Shown here in pieces: positions 17,316 to 26,861 of a DNA stretch of 36,318 nt. The position numbers and the translations under genes were made by a program. Numbering within the stretch: the stretch's first letter is position 1; the number at the start of each line of letters is the position of its first letter. The stretch comes from a virus. Its lineage: Duplodnaviria; Caudoviricetes. Where the stretch lies: the IMG/VR virus record IMGVR_UViG_3300020194_001587, positions 1-36,318 of that record. One strand, 5' to 3'. The notes under the pieces were generated by a model. That model worked only from the letters and a program-made list of their open reading frames with translations. It made no database searches and had not been told where the DNA came from.

Positions 17316-18449
17316 ATGTTTTTTGGAAGACTCTCATTTGCGGAAGACGCTTTCGCCGCTCAAGGTGGAATAGCACAAGTCGATGTTATTGTTAGCCTAA
17401 CAGGTGAACAACTCTCTACAGCAATTGGTAATGAAACCGTTATCGGAAATGCTGTTGTTACTTTAACAGGAGAGGCTCTAACTCTTACTCAAGGAACAGC
17501 TGTTGCCTCAGGAGCAGCGACTGCTCTTGTTACAGGTGAAGAATTATCTACTACTCAAGGAACTGCTACCGTTACAGGATCCGCAATTGTATCTGTCACA
17601 GGTGAAGCATTAACCACAGCTATAGGTGATGAAACTGTTGTTGGTAATGCCAATGTATCTCTCACAGGCGAAACTTTAAGTTCTACTCAAGGAAGTGTCA
17701 CTGTTGATGCGGGAGCTATTGCTTCGGTCACAGGAGAAGAAATTACTTCAACTCAAGGAGATGTTGTTGTTCAAATTCCCGATGTCACCGTTGAGGTAAC
17801 AGGTGAAAGTTTATCCACTGCTATTGGTCCTTATAGCATTGTTGCCGACGGTCAAACAACCATTGTTGTGGGGCCAGAAACAGAGATCGAAACCTTTATT
17901 GGTGATTCTGTTGTTACAGGATCTGCTGTTGTATCCGTCACAGGTGAAGATTTAACCTTATCAATCGGCGATGAAAATGTAACAGGTGATGCTAATGTTA
18001 CGCTCACAGGAGAAGCATTATCCGTAGCTCAAAATAGTGTGACTGTGACAGCCAACGCTGATGTATCTGTTACAGGTGAATCTCTCAATACAGCGATTGG
18101 TGATGAAACCGTTACAGGATCCGCTCTCGTTACTTTAACAGGCATACCTTTAAGTATTGTTCAAGGTTCGGTAGAAGCTCAAGCAGGAGCCGATGTCCCT
18201 GTTACAGGTGAAGCGTTAAGCACTGCTCAAGGTAGTGTCACTGTCGAAGCGGGTGCCGTGGTCACTTTAACAGGTATCGAATTAAGTGTTGTTCAAGGAG
18301 GTGTGGGTGTTATTGCTTGGTCACCTGTGGTACCTGGAGTCACGAATGCTTGGACGCCTGTCGATGATAGCAATACAAATACATGGACAGAAGTCGACGA
18401 TTCTGCTACAAATGTATGGACTGAAGTTGATGACAGAGAGGTCGCATAA
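17316..18449 (+). CDS. repetitive acidic fibre-like protein (22-aa repeats)
   Basis: About 13-14 copies of VTGExLxxxxGxxTV plus C-terminal WTxVDD repeats. Confidence 0.75.
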   Translation: MFFGRLSFAEDAFAAQGGIAQVDVIVSLTGEQLSTAIGNETVIGNAVVTLTGEALTLTQGTAVASGAATALVTGEELSTTQGTATVTGSAIVSVTGEALTTAIGDETVVGNANVSLTGETLSSTQGSVTVDAGAIASVTGEEITSTQGDVVVQIPDVTVEVTGESLSTAIGPYSIVADGQTTIVVGPETEIETFIGDSVVTGSAVVSVTGEDLTLSIGDENVTGDANVTLTGEALSVAQNSVTVTANADVSVTGESLNTAIGDETVTGSALVTLTGIPLSIVQGSVEAQAGADVPVTGEALSTAQGSVTVEAGAVVTLTGIELSVVQGGVGVIAWSPVVPGVTNAWTPVDDSNTNTWTEVDDSATNVWTEVDDREVA

Positions 18450-18454
18450 AACAT

Positions 18455-18784
18455 ATGGCAAATAATTTCTTATTTAATGGGGCAAGCTTATCAGACGCTA
18501 CCCTTACAACCATTTTTACTACAACCAATAAAAAGGTAATTATTGGTTTATTGTGTTCTAATACTGGTAGTGCCTCGATCAACGTTTCCGTTAAAATTGA
18601 TCCTGACGGTACAGGAGCCAATGAACAATTCTTAGTTAAGAATGCTGCTATTCCACAAAACTCATCTTTGGAGGTCATCTCTGGAAAAGTTGTTTTACCA
18701 GCCTCAGGGAAGATTAAAGCTCAAAGCTCATCATCCTCAGGAGACTGCGATGTCAATGTTTCCTCAATGGATGATGTTAGCTAA
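18455..18784 (+). CDS. small beta-rich tail protein
   Basis: Beta-strand pattern; resembles 31161..31529. Confidence 0.6.
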   Translation: MANNFLFNGASLSDATLTTIFTTTNKKVIIGLLCSNTGSASINVSVKIDPDGTGANEQFLVKNAAIPQNSSLEVISGKVVLPASGKIKAQSSSSSGDCDVNVSSMDDVS

Positions 18785-19227
18785 TGGCCTATATTGGTGC
18801 AGCTCCTCGCAATAATTTTGCAAGTTTAACCAGTCAACAGATTACTGGTGATGGTGGTTCTGTTTACACACTTGACCGTCAAGTCACCGTACCTGAAGAT
18901 TTGGCTTTGTTCGTCAATGAGGTAAGGCAAAATCCGAACACTTATACAATTTCCAATAGTGGACTTCAATTAAACTTAGGGGGAACTATCTCTGCGAGTG
19001 ATACTTGTTATGTGGTCTACTTACAACAAACCTTAGAATCAGTTGGCCCCACACCAAGCACGGTGCAAGGGACAGCGTGTGCTCCTCAATTTTTTCAAAA
19101 CAATCAACAAACCTTTAATGATTTAACTTTACCTGCCAATAGAAATTGCTCATTGGTAGGAACAATAACCGTAGCAGCAGGTAACACGATTACAGTTCCC
19201 GCTACCTCAACCTTGGTGATCATATGA
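18784..19227 (+). CDS. fibre stem/adaptor protein 1 (YIG type)
   Basis: MAYIG N-terminus, VNEVRQNP..YTI domain, ends TLVII. Confidence 0.6.
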   Translation: MAYIGAAPRNNFASLTSQQITGDGGSVYTLDRQVTVPEDLALFVNEVRQNPNTYTISNSGLQLNLGGTISASDTCYVVYLQQTLESVGPTPSTVQGTACAPQFFQNNQQTFNDLTLPANRNCSLVGTITVAAGNTITVPATSTLVII

Positions 19228-19889
19228 CCAGTATTCTAGAAGTAGAACAACTCGATACGTTAAGCAGTAATGCTTCGAGTACCTTGACGATTGGTGGAAC
19301 AAATACTACCACGATTAATTTAGGTGCTTCAGGAAAAACTATTAATATTCCTAGTGGTGCAACTTTTACAGGTTCGGGATTTGATTTGTTAAGTGTAACT
19401 TCAATGAGCACACAAAACACAGATATTAGTCTACCTTCTGGTTACTATGCTTATAAGATCATAGGATCACAAGTTACTTCAGGAAGTGCAAGCACTGAAT
19501 ATAATATGTACACTACAACCAACAGTTTTAGTTCAACAGACACTGATTTAGAAAGTGCTTTAACCTACCAAAGAATAGAATCTCCTACTTCAACAGGTAC
19601 TGATGGTGCGACAGGTGCTATACGATTAGCTTATAATATGGGTGCGGACGCAACCGATAGTTTAAGTTTTGAGATAATGCTTACCGATTTAACAATTAGT
19701 AGTAGAAGTAGAGGTTACGGAGCCTTTGGATTTAGTTTATATGGTCACAATGATGACCAACATTCCTACAGGTATGATATTGGTGGTAGAAGTCAAACAA
19801 CATCTGTTGTCAATGGTGTTAGAATAAGAAATGAGACAACAGCTACGACTGGAGGAACTATTTTAATTTTTGGAGTAGGTAAAATATAA
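19224..19889 (+). CDS. short tail-fibre/adhesin subunit
   Basis: MTSILEV leader; Ser/Thr/Gly-rich; ends GGTILIFGV. Confidence 0.6.
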   Translation: MTSILEVEQLDTLSSNASSTLTIGGTNTTTINLGASGKTINIPSGATFTGSGFDLLSVTSMSTQNTDISLPSGYYAYKIIGSQVTSGSASTEYNMYTTTNSFSSTDTDLESALTYQRIESPTSTGTDGATGAIRLAYNMGADATDSLSFEIMLTDLTISSRSRGYGAFGFSLYGHNDDQHSYRYDIGGRSQTTSVVNGVRIRNETTATTGGTILIFGVGKI

Positions 19890-20395
19890 TGAGTAACATC
19901 TTAGTCAACAACATCAAAGACACAGGCAATAATACGTTGCTTAGTAGTGACGGTTCAGGGTCCGTGACTCTCGGTTCAGGGTTCCCTCAGAATACTCCTC
20001 TATTCAGTGTTTATAGAGACGGTGATCAATCACTAAGCAGTGGAGCATCTACAAAAATTCAATTTGATAATATAAATTTCAATGTTGGTTCTAATTGGGA
20101 TTCAAGTAACTATCGTTTTACAGCAACGACTGCTGGATACTATAGTTTCAAAGGTTCTTTAGGATTTCAAGGTACTATATCAAGAGTAATTTTATTCTTT
20201 TTTAAAAATAGTTCAGAGTGGCAAAGAGGTACTGATATTAATATAACAGGTGCAACTATTGTTCATGGTTCAACCATAATGTATTTAGATGTTGGTGATT
20301 TTTGTGAACTATATGGTTATGCGACAGGTTCATCTTTATCAGTTAGAAATCAAACAGAAACTTGGTTTTCAGGAAGCCATTTAATAGGAGCATAA
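19889..20395 (+). CDS. fibre tip protein with C1q-like domain
   Basis: F-x-V...IQFD...YRFTA..AGYY.F...YLDVGD...FSG pattern of C1q/TNF-like heads. Confidence 0.7.
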   Translation: MSNILVNNIKDTGNNTLLSSDGSGSVTLGSGFPQNTPLFSVYRDGDQSLSSGASTKIQFDNINFNVGSNWDSSNYRFTATTAGYYSFKGSLGFQGTISRVILFFFKNSSEWQRGTDINITGATIVHGSTIMYLDVGDFCELYGYATGSSLSVRNQTETWFSGSHLIGA

Positions 20396-20932
20396 ATGAC
20401 AAGTAAGATCAAAGTAAACATACTCGCTGACGGTGGAGATAACTCAATCATCACATCCGATGGTGCGGGAAGCTTTACTGCGAGTTCAAGTTTAGCTTCT
20501 TCTGTTCAAAGTGTTGGTGGTATTGATAATACTCCTGCTTTTCGAGCTAGACTATCTAGTAATCAATCTGTATCTGGTGCAACTTGGACTGTTCTTTCTT
20601 TAGCCACAGAAGATTTTGATATTGGTGGTTACTACGATAATTCTACTTATAGATGGACACCCCCCTCAGGTGGTAAATTTTATATACATTTTCAAGTTAG
20701 AAATAATACTGGTCAAGCTTATATGTATTGTTCTATATTTAAAAATGGAACAACAGAAGTAGCAATGGCTCAAGCAACTATTAGTAGTGCAGGTATTTTA
20801 AGTTCAGGAGCCATAATTACCCCAAATGGAACAGACTATTATGATTTACAAGTAAATACCGGCACAGGTTCAACTATTGCTGCTGGTGAAGGTTTTACAT
20901 TTTTTGAAGCATTTAAATTAATAGGAGCATAG
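20396..20932 (+). CDS. fibre tip protein with C1q-like domain
   Basis: NTPAFRA...EDFD...YRWTP...FEAFKLIGA. Confidence 0.7.
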   Translation: MTSKIKVNILADGGDNSIITSDGAGSFTASSSLASSVQSVGGIDNTPAFRARLSSNQSVSGATWTVLSLATEDFDIGGYYDNSTYRWTPPSGGKFYIHFQVRNNTGQAYMYCSIFKNGTTEVAMAQATISSAGILSSGAIITPNGTDYYDLQVNTGTGSTIAAGEGFTFFEAFKLIGA

Positions 20933-20935
20933 ACC

Positions 20936-22150
20936 ATGGCACTCACAACATTACCCACTAGTAGTTTAGATCCCGGAGTGTCTTTGATTGATTGGGATAG
21001 TTCTGTTAAAACAAGTAGTTTTAACGCTGCCGTAAATATAGGTTATTGGATTGATACTACTAGCGGTTCGGTAACTGTTACTCTTCCTAGTTCTGCAAAT
21101 CAAGGAGATACAATTAGTTTTGCAGATTATGCTGAAAATTTTAACACCAATTCGGTTATTGTTAGTCCTAATGGATTAAAAATTAAAGGCTCTACTTCCA
21201 ATGCCGTACTTACTACAGGAGGTCAAGTAATTCAATTTGTCTACTCAGGAGCCCCTCAAGGTTGGATTATATCCTCTACAGGATTAGCAAGTGCCGCTGG
21301 GTCTCCTACTTACATAACCGCAACAGGAGGAACTATCACAACTTCAGGTGACTATAAAATTCACACCTTTACTTCTTCTGGAACATTTACTGTAACTGAA
21401 ATTGGTAATGAATATGGTTCTAATGAATTAGAATATGTAGTCGTTGCTGGTGGAGCGGGTGCAGGTTCTGGTGGAGCTGTTGGTAATGGTGCAGGTTCTG
21501 GTGGAGGCGGTGCAGGAGGATATCGTTCTTCTGTCACAGGTGAATCATCAGGAGGTGGAAGCAGTGCTGAAACTGCAATCACCGCTGTCGCTCAAGGTTA
21601 TACAGTAACTATTGGAGGTGGTGGCGCTGGTGGTGGAGGGACTGGTGGAGCAAGAGGTTCTAACGGTTCTAATTCTGTATTTGGTGCAATCACTTCAACT
21701 GGTGGTGGAGGCGGTGGAGGAGACTCTACTACAACAGGAGCTTCTGGTGGATCTGGAGGTGGTGGTGCTTGGAGAGGTAGTGCTGGCGGTGGCGCCGGGA
21801 CTACAAATCAAGGTTATGCTGGAGCCACAGGAAACACACCAAGTTATAGGGGTGGTGGTGGAGGCGGTGCTGGTGAAGTTGGTGGAACTGATCAAGCTAA
21901 CGTGGCTGGTGGTGATGGTGTTCAAACATCTATTAATGGAACTCCTACCTATTTCGCTGGAGGAGGTGGAGGTGGAGGTGGAAACTTTCCTGGTGGTGAA
22001 GGTGGAGGAGGCAATGGTGGTGACTATCCCAACACTGGACAATCAGGGACAGTTAATACTGGTGGTGGAGGTGGTGGAAACTACTTTGGCGCTGGTGGTG
22101 GAGCAGGTGGCTCTGGAATAGTAATTATAAGGTATAAATTTCAAAACTAA
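20936..22150 (+). CDS. glycine-rich adhesin-like protein
   Basis: VTLPSS..GD N-domain, ATGGTIT..YKIHTFTSSG, polyglycine tracts, ends GGSGIVIIRY. Confidence 0.75.
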   Translation: MALTTLPTSSLDPGVSLIDWDSSVKTSSFNAAVNIGYWIDTTSGSVTVTLPSSANQGDTISFADYAENFNTNSVIVSPNGLKIKGSTSNAVLTTGGQVIQFVYSGAPQGWIISSTGLASAAGSPTYITATGGTITTSGDYKIHTFTSSGTFTVTEIGNEYGSNELEYVVVAGGAGAGSGGAVGNGAGSGGGGAGGYRSSVTGESSGGGSSAETAITAVAQGYTVTIGGGGAGGGGTGGARGSNGSNSVFGAITSTGGGGGGGDSTTTGASGGSGGGGAWRGSAGGGAGTTNQGYAGATGNTPSYRGGGGGGAGEVGGTDQANVAGGDGVQTSINGTPTYFAGGGGGGGGNFPGGEGGGGNGGDYPNTGQSGTVNTGGGGGGNYFGAGGGAGGSGIVIIRYKFQN

Positions 22151-22527
22151 TGACACATTTTGCAAAAGTAAAAAAATCTAGTAATGCAGTTGTTCAAGTA
22201 ATAGTAGCAGAACAAGATTTCATTGATTCATTACCAGTAGAAGAAAACTACAAATGGGTTCAAACATCATATAACACTAAAAAAGGTAAACATTATACAG
22301 ACGGTGTAGAATCAGTGGACCAAACAAAAGCATTAAGAAAAAATTATGCAGGTCCAGGATATCAATATGATGAAGGTAGAGATGCTTTTATACCACCGAA
22401 AAAATTTCAATCTTGGACTTTAAATGAAGATACTTGTGATTGGGAAGCACCTATACCTTATCCCAATGACGGTAATAATTATTTATGGAACGAAGATAAT
22501 TTACAATGGGATTTAATAGAGGAGTAA
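22150..22527 (+). CDS. conserved partner of Gly-rich proteins (putative chaperone)
   Basis: MTHFAK, WVQTSYN, RKNYAG, DAFIPPK and WEAPIPYP motifs. Confidence 0.6.
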   Translation: MTHFAKVKKSSNAVVQVIVAEQDFIDSLPVEENYKWVQTSYNTKKGKHYTDGVESVDQTKALRKNYAGPGYQYDEGRDAFIPPKKFQSWTLNEDTCDWEAPIPYPNDGNNYLWNEDNLQWDLIEE

Positions 22528-22531
22528 GAAA

Positions 22532-22987
22532 ATGCCCTACATCGGACAAGAACCACTAACAGGAAGATATATCGTTTGCGATGACTTAGCCGTGAGCTTT
22601 GATGGGTCAACTACGACCTTTACACTGCAAACAGGAGGACAGAATATCTATCCTCAAACAGAACAGAATTGTATTATTTCTATTTCAGGTATTTATCAGT
22701 ACCCGGTCGATGCGTACACGATCTCAGGCTCTTCAATTACGTTCACGTCCGCACCGCTAGCCACGGATACTTTTTCAGGTGTCGTGCTAGGAGATGTGTT
22801 ATCGATTGGAACTCCAACGGATTCTTCCGTGAACAGTGAAGCGTTAGGCACGACCTTTTATGTCGTCAATCAACAAACCATGAGTAATGTAAGTATTGAA
22901 GCCAGTGAAAATGGCATGGTCGCAGGACCCTTCTCCGTGACGGGGACACTCAGTATTGCCAGTGGAGCGACATTTGTTATAGTATAA
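22532..22987 (+). CDS. fibre stem/adaptor protein 2 (YIG type)
   Basis: MPYIG, FDGSTTTFTL, ISGIYQYP..YTISGS.ITF, ends TFVIV. Confidence 0.6.
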   Translation: MPYIGQEPLTGRYIVCDDLAVSFDGSTTTFTLQTGGQNIYPQTEQNCIISISGIYQYPVDAYTISGSSITFTSAPLATDTFSGVVLGDVLSIGTPTDSSVNSEALGTTFYVVNQQTMSNVSIEASENGMVAGPFSVTGTLSIASGATFVIV

Positions 22988-22989
22988 TT

Positions 22990-23547
22990 ATGAGTACACT
23001 CGAAGTTAATAAAATCACACCCGTTGGAGTAGGAACCAGTGTCACTTTAGGTGATAGTGGGGATACCTTTACTATTCCGAGTGGGGTGACATTAACGAAT
23101 AATGGAACTGCAACAGGATTTGGCGGTGGTAAGATTGGTCAAGTAGTAAGTGTATCGAATACCAATAATCTTGCAATATCAGCTACTACTTATTATACGG
23201 TTATGAGTTTAGCAATCACTCCTAGTGCCACTTCTTCTAAAATTTTAATTTTACACGCAGCTCCTTCTAGTGTTGAATTAAGTAATACTTCAAATATGGG
23301 ACACATCGCTCTTTTTAGAGATGGAACAAATATTACCACATCAGGTCACAACAGTTCTTTTGCATCTTATCAAGGTTTTAGTTGGGGAACAGGAACAGGA
23401 ATTACTTATTTAGATAGTCCTAGTACAACATCAGCTATTACTTATTCTGTTCAAGGGAAATGTGATAATACATCTTTAACTTTTAACTATAATAGAACGG
23501 GTCAACAGAGAATGCTTAGTTTAACTTTAATAGAGGTATTGGCTTAA
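22990..23547 (+). CDS. fibre tip protein
   Basis: MSTLEVN leader; GGKIGQVV, ITPSATSSKILI and DSPSTTSAITY motifs. Confidence 0.65.
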   Translation: MSTLEVNKITPVGVGTSVTLGDSGDTFTIPSGVTLTNNGTATGFGGGKIGQVVSVSNTNNLAISATTYYTVMSLAITPSATSSKILILHAAPSSVELSNTSNMGHIALFRDGTNITTSGHNSSFASYQGFSWGTGTGITYLDSPSTTSAITYSVQGKCDNTSLTFNYNRTGQQRMLSLTLIEVLA

Positions 23548-23819
23548 TGATTACTAAAGCTCAAGCATTAAAAGCATTAAAACCTTCAGCAGAGTGGGTT
23601 TGGGTTAACGAGGACCAAGATGGATATGCAGGGTTAGATTGGTTAGACCAAAATCAAACTAAACCAACGGAACAAGAAATAAATACAAAACAAACAGAAT
23701 TACAAGCTGATTATGATCAAGCAAAACTAGACAAAGAAAACAACAAAGCATCTGCCAAATCAAAGCTTGCAGCTTTAGGATTAACCGAAGCTGAAATTAA
23801 GGATACATTTGGATTATAA
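23547..23819 (+). CDS. XkdW-like fibre chaperone
   Basis: ALKALKP.AEW...KPTEQEI...KLAALGLTEAEI. Confidence 0.5.
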   Translation: MITKAQALKALKPSAEWVWVNEDQDGYAGLDWLDQNQTKPTEQEINTKQTELQADYDQAKLDKENNKASAKSKLAALGLTEAEIKDTFGL

Positions 23820-23849
23820 ACTATGATAAGTATTAACAAGGAGTAAAAC

Positions 23850-24185
23850 ATGGCACAACTAAGTACAAAAATTAAGAAGTATCTTGCTGATAATGGCGTA
23901 AGTTCGGTAGATTTTACCACTGACGTTTTATTACAAGATGATTCTAATGGTCAAGGTCCCTACATTAAAGAGTGGAACATTGACAGTGTTGCCAAGCCTA
24001 CTGCTGATCAACTCAATGCTTTTGAAGCGGCAGCCACGACTGAAGAGTCTAACGCTCAGGTCGTTGCCACTCGTAAGGCATTATACGGTTCTATCGAATC
24101 CCAAATCGAGAATATTATCGAGAACGGATTAGATGCGGAAATCACTAGAGTGAATCAGATCAAGGCTGACAACCCCAAGAGTTAA
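23850..24185 (+). CDS. XkdW-like fibre chaperone
   Basis: LQDDSNGQGPYIKEWN...KPT...IKADNPK. Confidence 0.55.
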   Translation: MAQLSTKIKKYLADNGVSSVDFTTDVLLQDDSNGQGPYIKEWNIDSVAKPTADQLNAFEAAATTEESNAQVVATRKALYGSIESQIENIIENGLDAEITRVNQIKADNPKS

Positions 24186-24195
24186 GGAGTAATCA

Positions 24196-24753
24196 TTGTC
24201 AACGATCAAGGTTAATAATATTGAGAACAGGACAGGTTCATCCATCACGATTGGTGGATCAAGTACCACGTCTCTTAATTTAGCTTCCACCATTACAGGG
24301 GGAACGTTGACAAATACTCCTGCTTTCGAAGTATATAAAAATTCAAATCAACTAATTACAGATAACACTGTTACAAAGGTTACTTTTGATGTTGAGTCTT
24401 TTGATACTAATTCTGCTTTTGATTTAGCAAATGACAGATTTACAGTTCCTTCTGGATATGCTGGTAAATATTATGTTTATTTGAGATTAGATTGCGATAC
24501 TACTGTTTATGATATGAGAAAAGCTTGGGGGTATATTTATTTAAATGGTTCTGTTTATGCAAATAATAGGCACAATGGTCATTCAACTACTAATTTAGAT
24601 AGATTAGGTATTAATGTTTTTACAACAATAGATTTGTCTGCGGGAGATTATGTTGAGGCTTATGTGTTAATTGATACAGGTTCTTCACAGCCACAACTTT
24701 CACAAGATGATAAATCAACTATGTTTGGAGCATACAGGATCATAGGAGCATAA
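24196..24753 (+). CDS. fibre tip protein with C1q-like domain
   Basis: TTG start after AAGGAG; NTPAF...VTFD...RFTVP..AGKY...LSAGDYVE...YRIIGA. Confidence 0.7.
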   Translation: MSTIKVNNIENRTGSSITIGGSSTTSLNLASTITGGTLTNTPAFEVYKNSNQLITDNTVTKVTFDVESFDTNSAFDLANDRFTVPSGYAGKYYVYLRLDCDTTVYDMRKAWGYIYLNGSVYANNRHNGHSTTNLDRLGINVFTTIDLSAGDYVEAYVLIDTGSSQPQLSQDDKSTMFGAYRIIGA

Positions 24754-25518
24754 ATGACAGGAATTTTAAAAGTAGATCAGTGGAAAGACTCAGGGGATAA
24801 TACTCTGATGACCTCGGACGGTGTAGGGAATTTAACGGTTAATGCTCCTTTCTCCTCTACAGGTATTGATGATAATGCGACTAGTACTGCGATTACAATT
24901 GATAGTTCTCAAAGAGTAGGTATTACGGAACAAATCAATAAAACTGTAAATGACTCACAATTAATTATTGCAGGGGGTAATGATAGTAATCAAGGGGGAA
25001 ATATTCTTCTTTATGGACCTTCCGCAAGTCCTGCTAATACTATTATATATAGACAAGGCACCTCAGAAATATTAAGAATGGATTCTGAAGGTTTAAAGAT
25101 AGGTGGTACAACTAGTGCCAATGCCTTAGATGATTATGAGGAAGGTACTTGGACTCCTGCTTTAAGTGGTGCTACTACAACAACCTATAATGTTCAAACA
25201 GGTGTATATACAAAAGTTGGAAGAATAGTCACTGCTCATTTTGAATTACATATAAACGCAAAAGGTAATGGTAATAAAGCATTAATTAGTGGTTTGCCTT
25301 TTAGTTGCCAAAATCAAAATGGTCAATCTGGTTGTTTAGGTTTATATTCTGGTATAGCAAAAAGTCCTAATTATTTAACTATGAGAATGGATAATGGAAG
25401 TTCAAGTTTAGATTTTGCAGGTACAGATAGTGAAACTAGTGGACTAAGTTTTTCTTACACAATATTTGATGTAAATGGTGCTAGAGTTATAGGTTCTATT
25501 CAATATACAACGAGTTAA
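24754..25518 (+). CDS. tail fibre tip protein
   Basis: GIDDNATSTAITIDSS, ANALDDYEEGTWTP, YTKVGRIV and ISGLPF motifs. Confidence 0.7.
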   Translation: MTGILKVDQWKDSGDNTLMTSDGVGNLTVNAPFSSTGIDDNATSTAITIDSSQRVGITEQINKTVNDSQLIIAGGNDSNQGGNILLYGPSASPANTIIYRQGTSEILRMDSEGLKIGGTTSANALDDYEEGTWTPALSGATTTTYNVQTGVYTKVGRIVTAHFELHINAKGNGNKALISGLPFSCQNQNGQSGCLGLYSGIAKSPNYLTMRMDNGSSSLDFAGTDSETSGLSFSYTIFDVNGARVIGSIQYTTS

Positions 25519-25528
25519 GGAGTAAACA

Positions 25529-25786
25529 ATGGCAATAACAAAAGAAACACAAATCGCTAAAATAGAAGTGGTAGGCGAATACAAAGCTGTGCAAATCGCT
25601 ACTGATACAGTCATCAAAGAAGATGGTGTAGAGTTATCAAGAAGCAGACACAGAAAAGTAGTTCACCCAGATCAAGATATTACAGGCGAAGATGCAGAAG
25701 TACAGGCAGTATGTAATGCTGTTTGGACACAAGCAGTTAAAGATGCTTGGACTGCGTTTCAAGCTGCACAAGCACAGGGGTTATAA
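25529..25786 (+). CDS. small fibre-associated protein (putative chaperone)
   Basis: EDGVELSRSRHR...VQAVCNAVWT. Confidence 0.55.
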   Translation: MAITKETQIAKIEVVGEYKAVQIATDTVIKEDGVELSRSRHRKVVHPDQDITGEDAEVQAVCNAVWTQAVKDAWTAFQAAQAQGL

Positions 25787-25790
25787 TTAA

Positions 25791-26861
25791 ATGGCCATCA
25801 CCCGCTTAGGACCGAACCAAGATATCACTGCTGCGAAGATTGCGGGTACGATCAATTTTAAGAATTTGATTATCAACGGGGATATGTCGATTGACCAAAG
25901 AAATAGTGGAAGTTCAATTACCCCTACAAACGGTCAATATGGTGTAGACCGTTGGCAAAACGCAGTGAATGTTTCAAGTAAGTATTCTATACAACAAGTT
26001 TCAGATGCTCCTACTGGATTCGTATATTCAAACAAAGTAACAAGTTTATCTGCTTATAGTATTGGTGCAGGTGAATTAGCAGGTTTAAGACAGTATGTAG
26101 AAGGCTACAATATAACAAAATTAGACTGGGGAACCTCTGACGCACAAACAGTTACTTTATCTTTTTGGGTTAAATCTAGTTTAACTGGAGACTTTGGTGT
26201 TACTGTTGGTAATGATAATGGTAGAACTTATGGAGCACTTTATAATATTTCTTCTGCTGATACTTGGGAAAAAAAATCAGTCACAATTGAAGGTGACACA
26301 TCAGGAACATGGCTCACTACAAATGGTAAAGGAATTTCTTTAGTTTTTGCTTTGTCTACAGGTTCTGCTTTTTTAGCGACTGCTGATTCATGGAATGCTT
26401 CAACTAGCTATGGGGTAACAGGTCAAACTCAAATATTAGCAACAAACTCTGCTACTTGGCAAGTTACAGGAGTACAACTCGAAGCAGATACATCCGCCTC
26501 GGATTTTGAATTCTTGCCTTTTGATGTGAATTTACAGAGGTGTATGAGATATTATTTTAATCACTATACTCCTGACGATAATGGATTATATGGATTATTC
26601 ACTGCTCACACTTCTTCGGCTGGAAGAATGCCATATAGATTTGTTGTACCTATGAGAGATGCACCAACAGTTAGTTCTTCATCTGCTTCTGGTTTTACTT
26701 GGTTGGGTAATAATACAGCGGGTAATCCTAGTGTTATTGGTTCAGAATCTTTAAACAAATACTCTTGCACAGTTAATCTTACAGGAAGTTTTACACAAGG
26801 GTATTCTTATTGGTTAGCAGGTTCAACTAGTACAGAGTTAAGGTTTGATGCGGAGTTATAA
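25791..26861 (+). CDS. fibre/carbohydrate-binding-like protein
   Basis: NLIINGDM.IDQR, TLSFWVKS, TGVQLE and LQRCMRYY motifs. Confidence 0.7.
   Translation: MAITRLGPNQDITAAKIAGTINFKNLIINGDMSIDQRNSGSSITPTNGQYGVDRWQNAVNVSSKYSIQQVSDAPTGFVYSNKVTSLSAYSIGAGELAGLRQYVEGYNITKLDWGTSDAQTVTLSFWVKSSLTGDFGVTVGNDNGRTYGALYNISSADTWEKKSVTIEGDTSGTWLTTNGKGISLVFALSTGSAFLATADSWNASTSYGVTGQTQILATNSATWQVTGVQLEADTSASDFEFLPFDVNLQRCMRYYFNHYTPDDNGLYGLFTAHTSSAGRMPYRFVVPMRDAPTVSSSSASGFTWLGNNTAGNPSVIGSESLNKYSCTVNLTGSFTQGYSYWLAGSTSTELRFDAEL

Noticed and set aside
17390-18440. ~66-bp periodic repeats as a CRISPR-like or non-coding array
   Set aside because: The repeats are in frame and degenerate at third codon positions, so they are protein repeats; there is no repeat-spacer structure.
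19215-19230. Programmed frameshift fusing stem and tip genes
   Set aside because: It is an ordinary ATGA overlap with no slippery heptamer, and the parallel junction at 22985-22992 has a different spacing and no slippery site.
16957-25530. Repeated AAGGAGTA sequences (near 16958, 23838, 24184, 25517)
   Set aside because: They are explained as Shine-Dalgarno sites.
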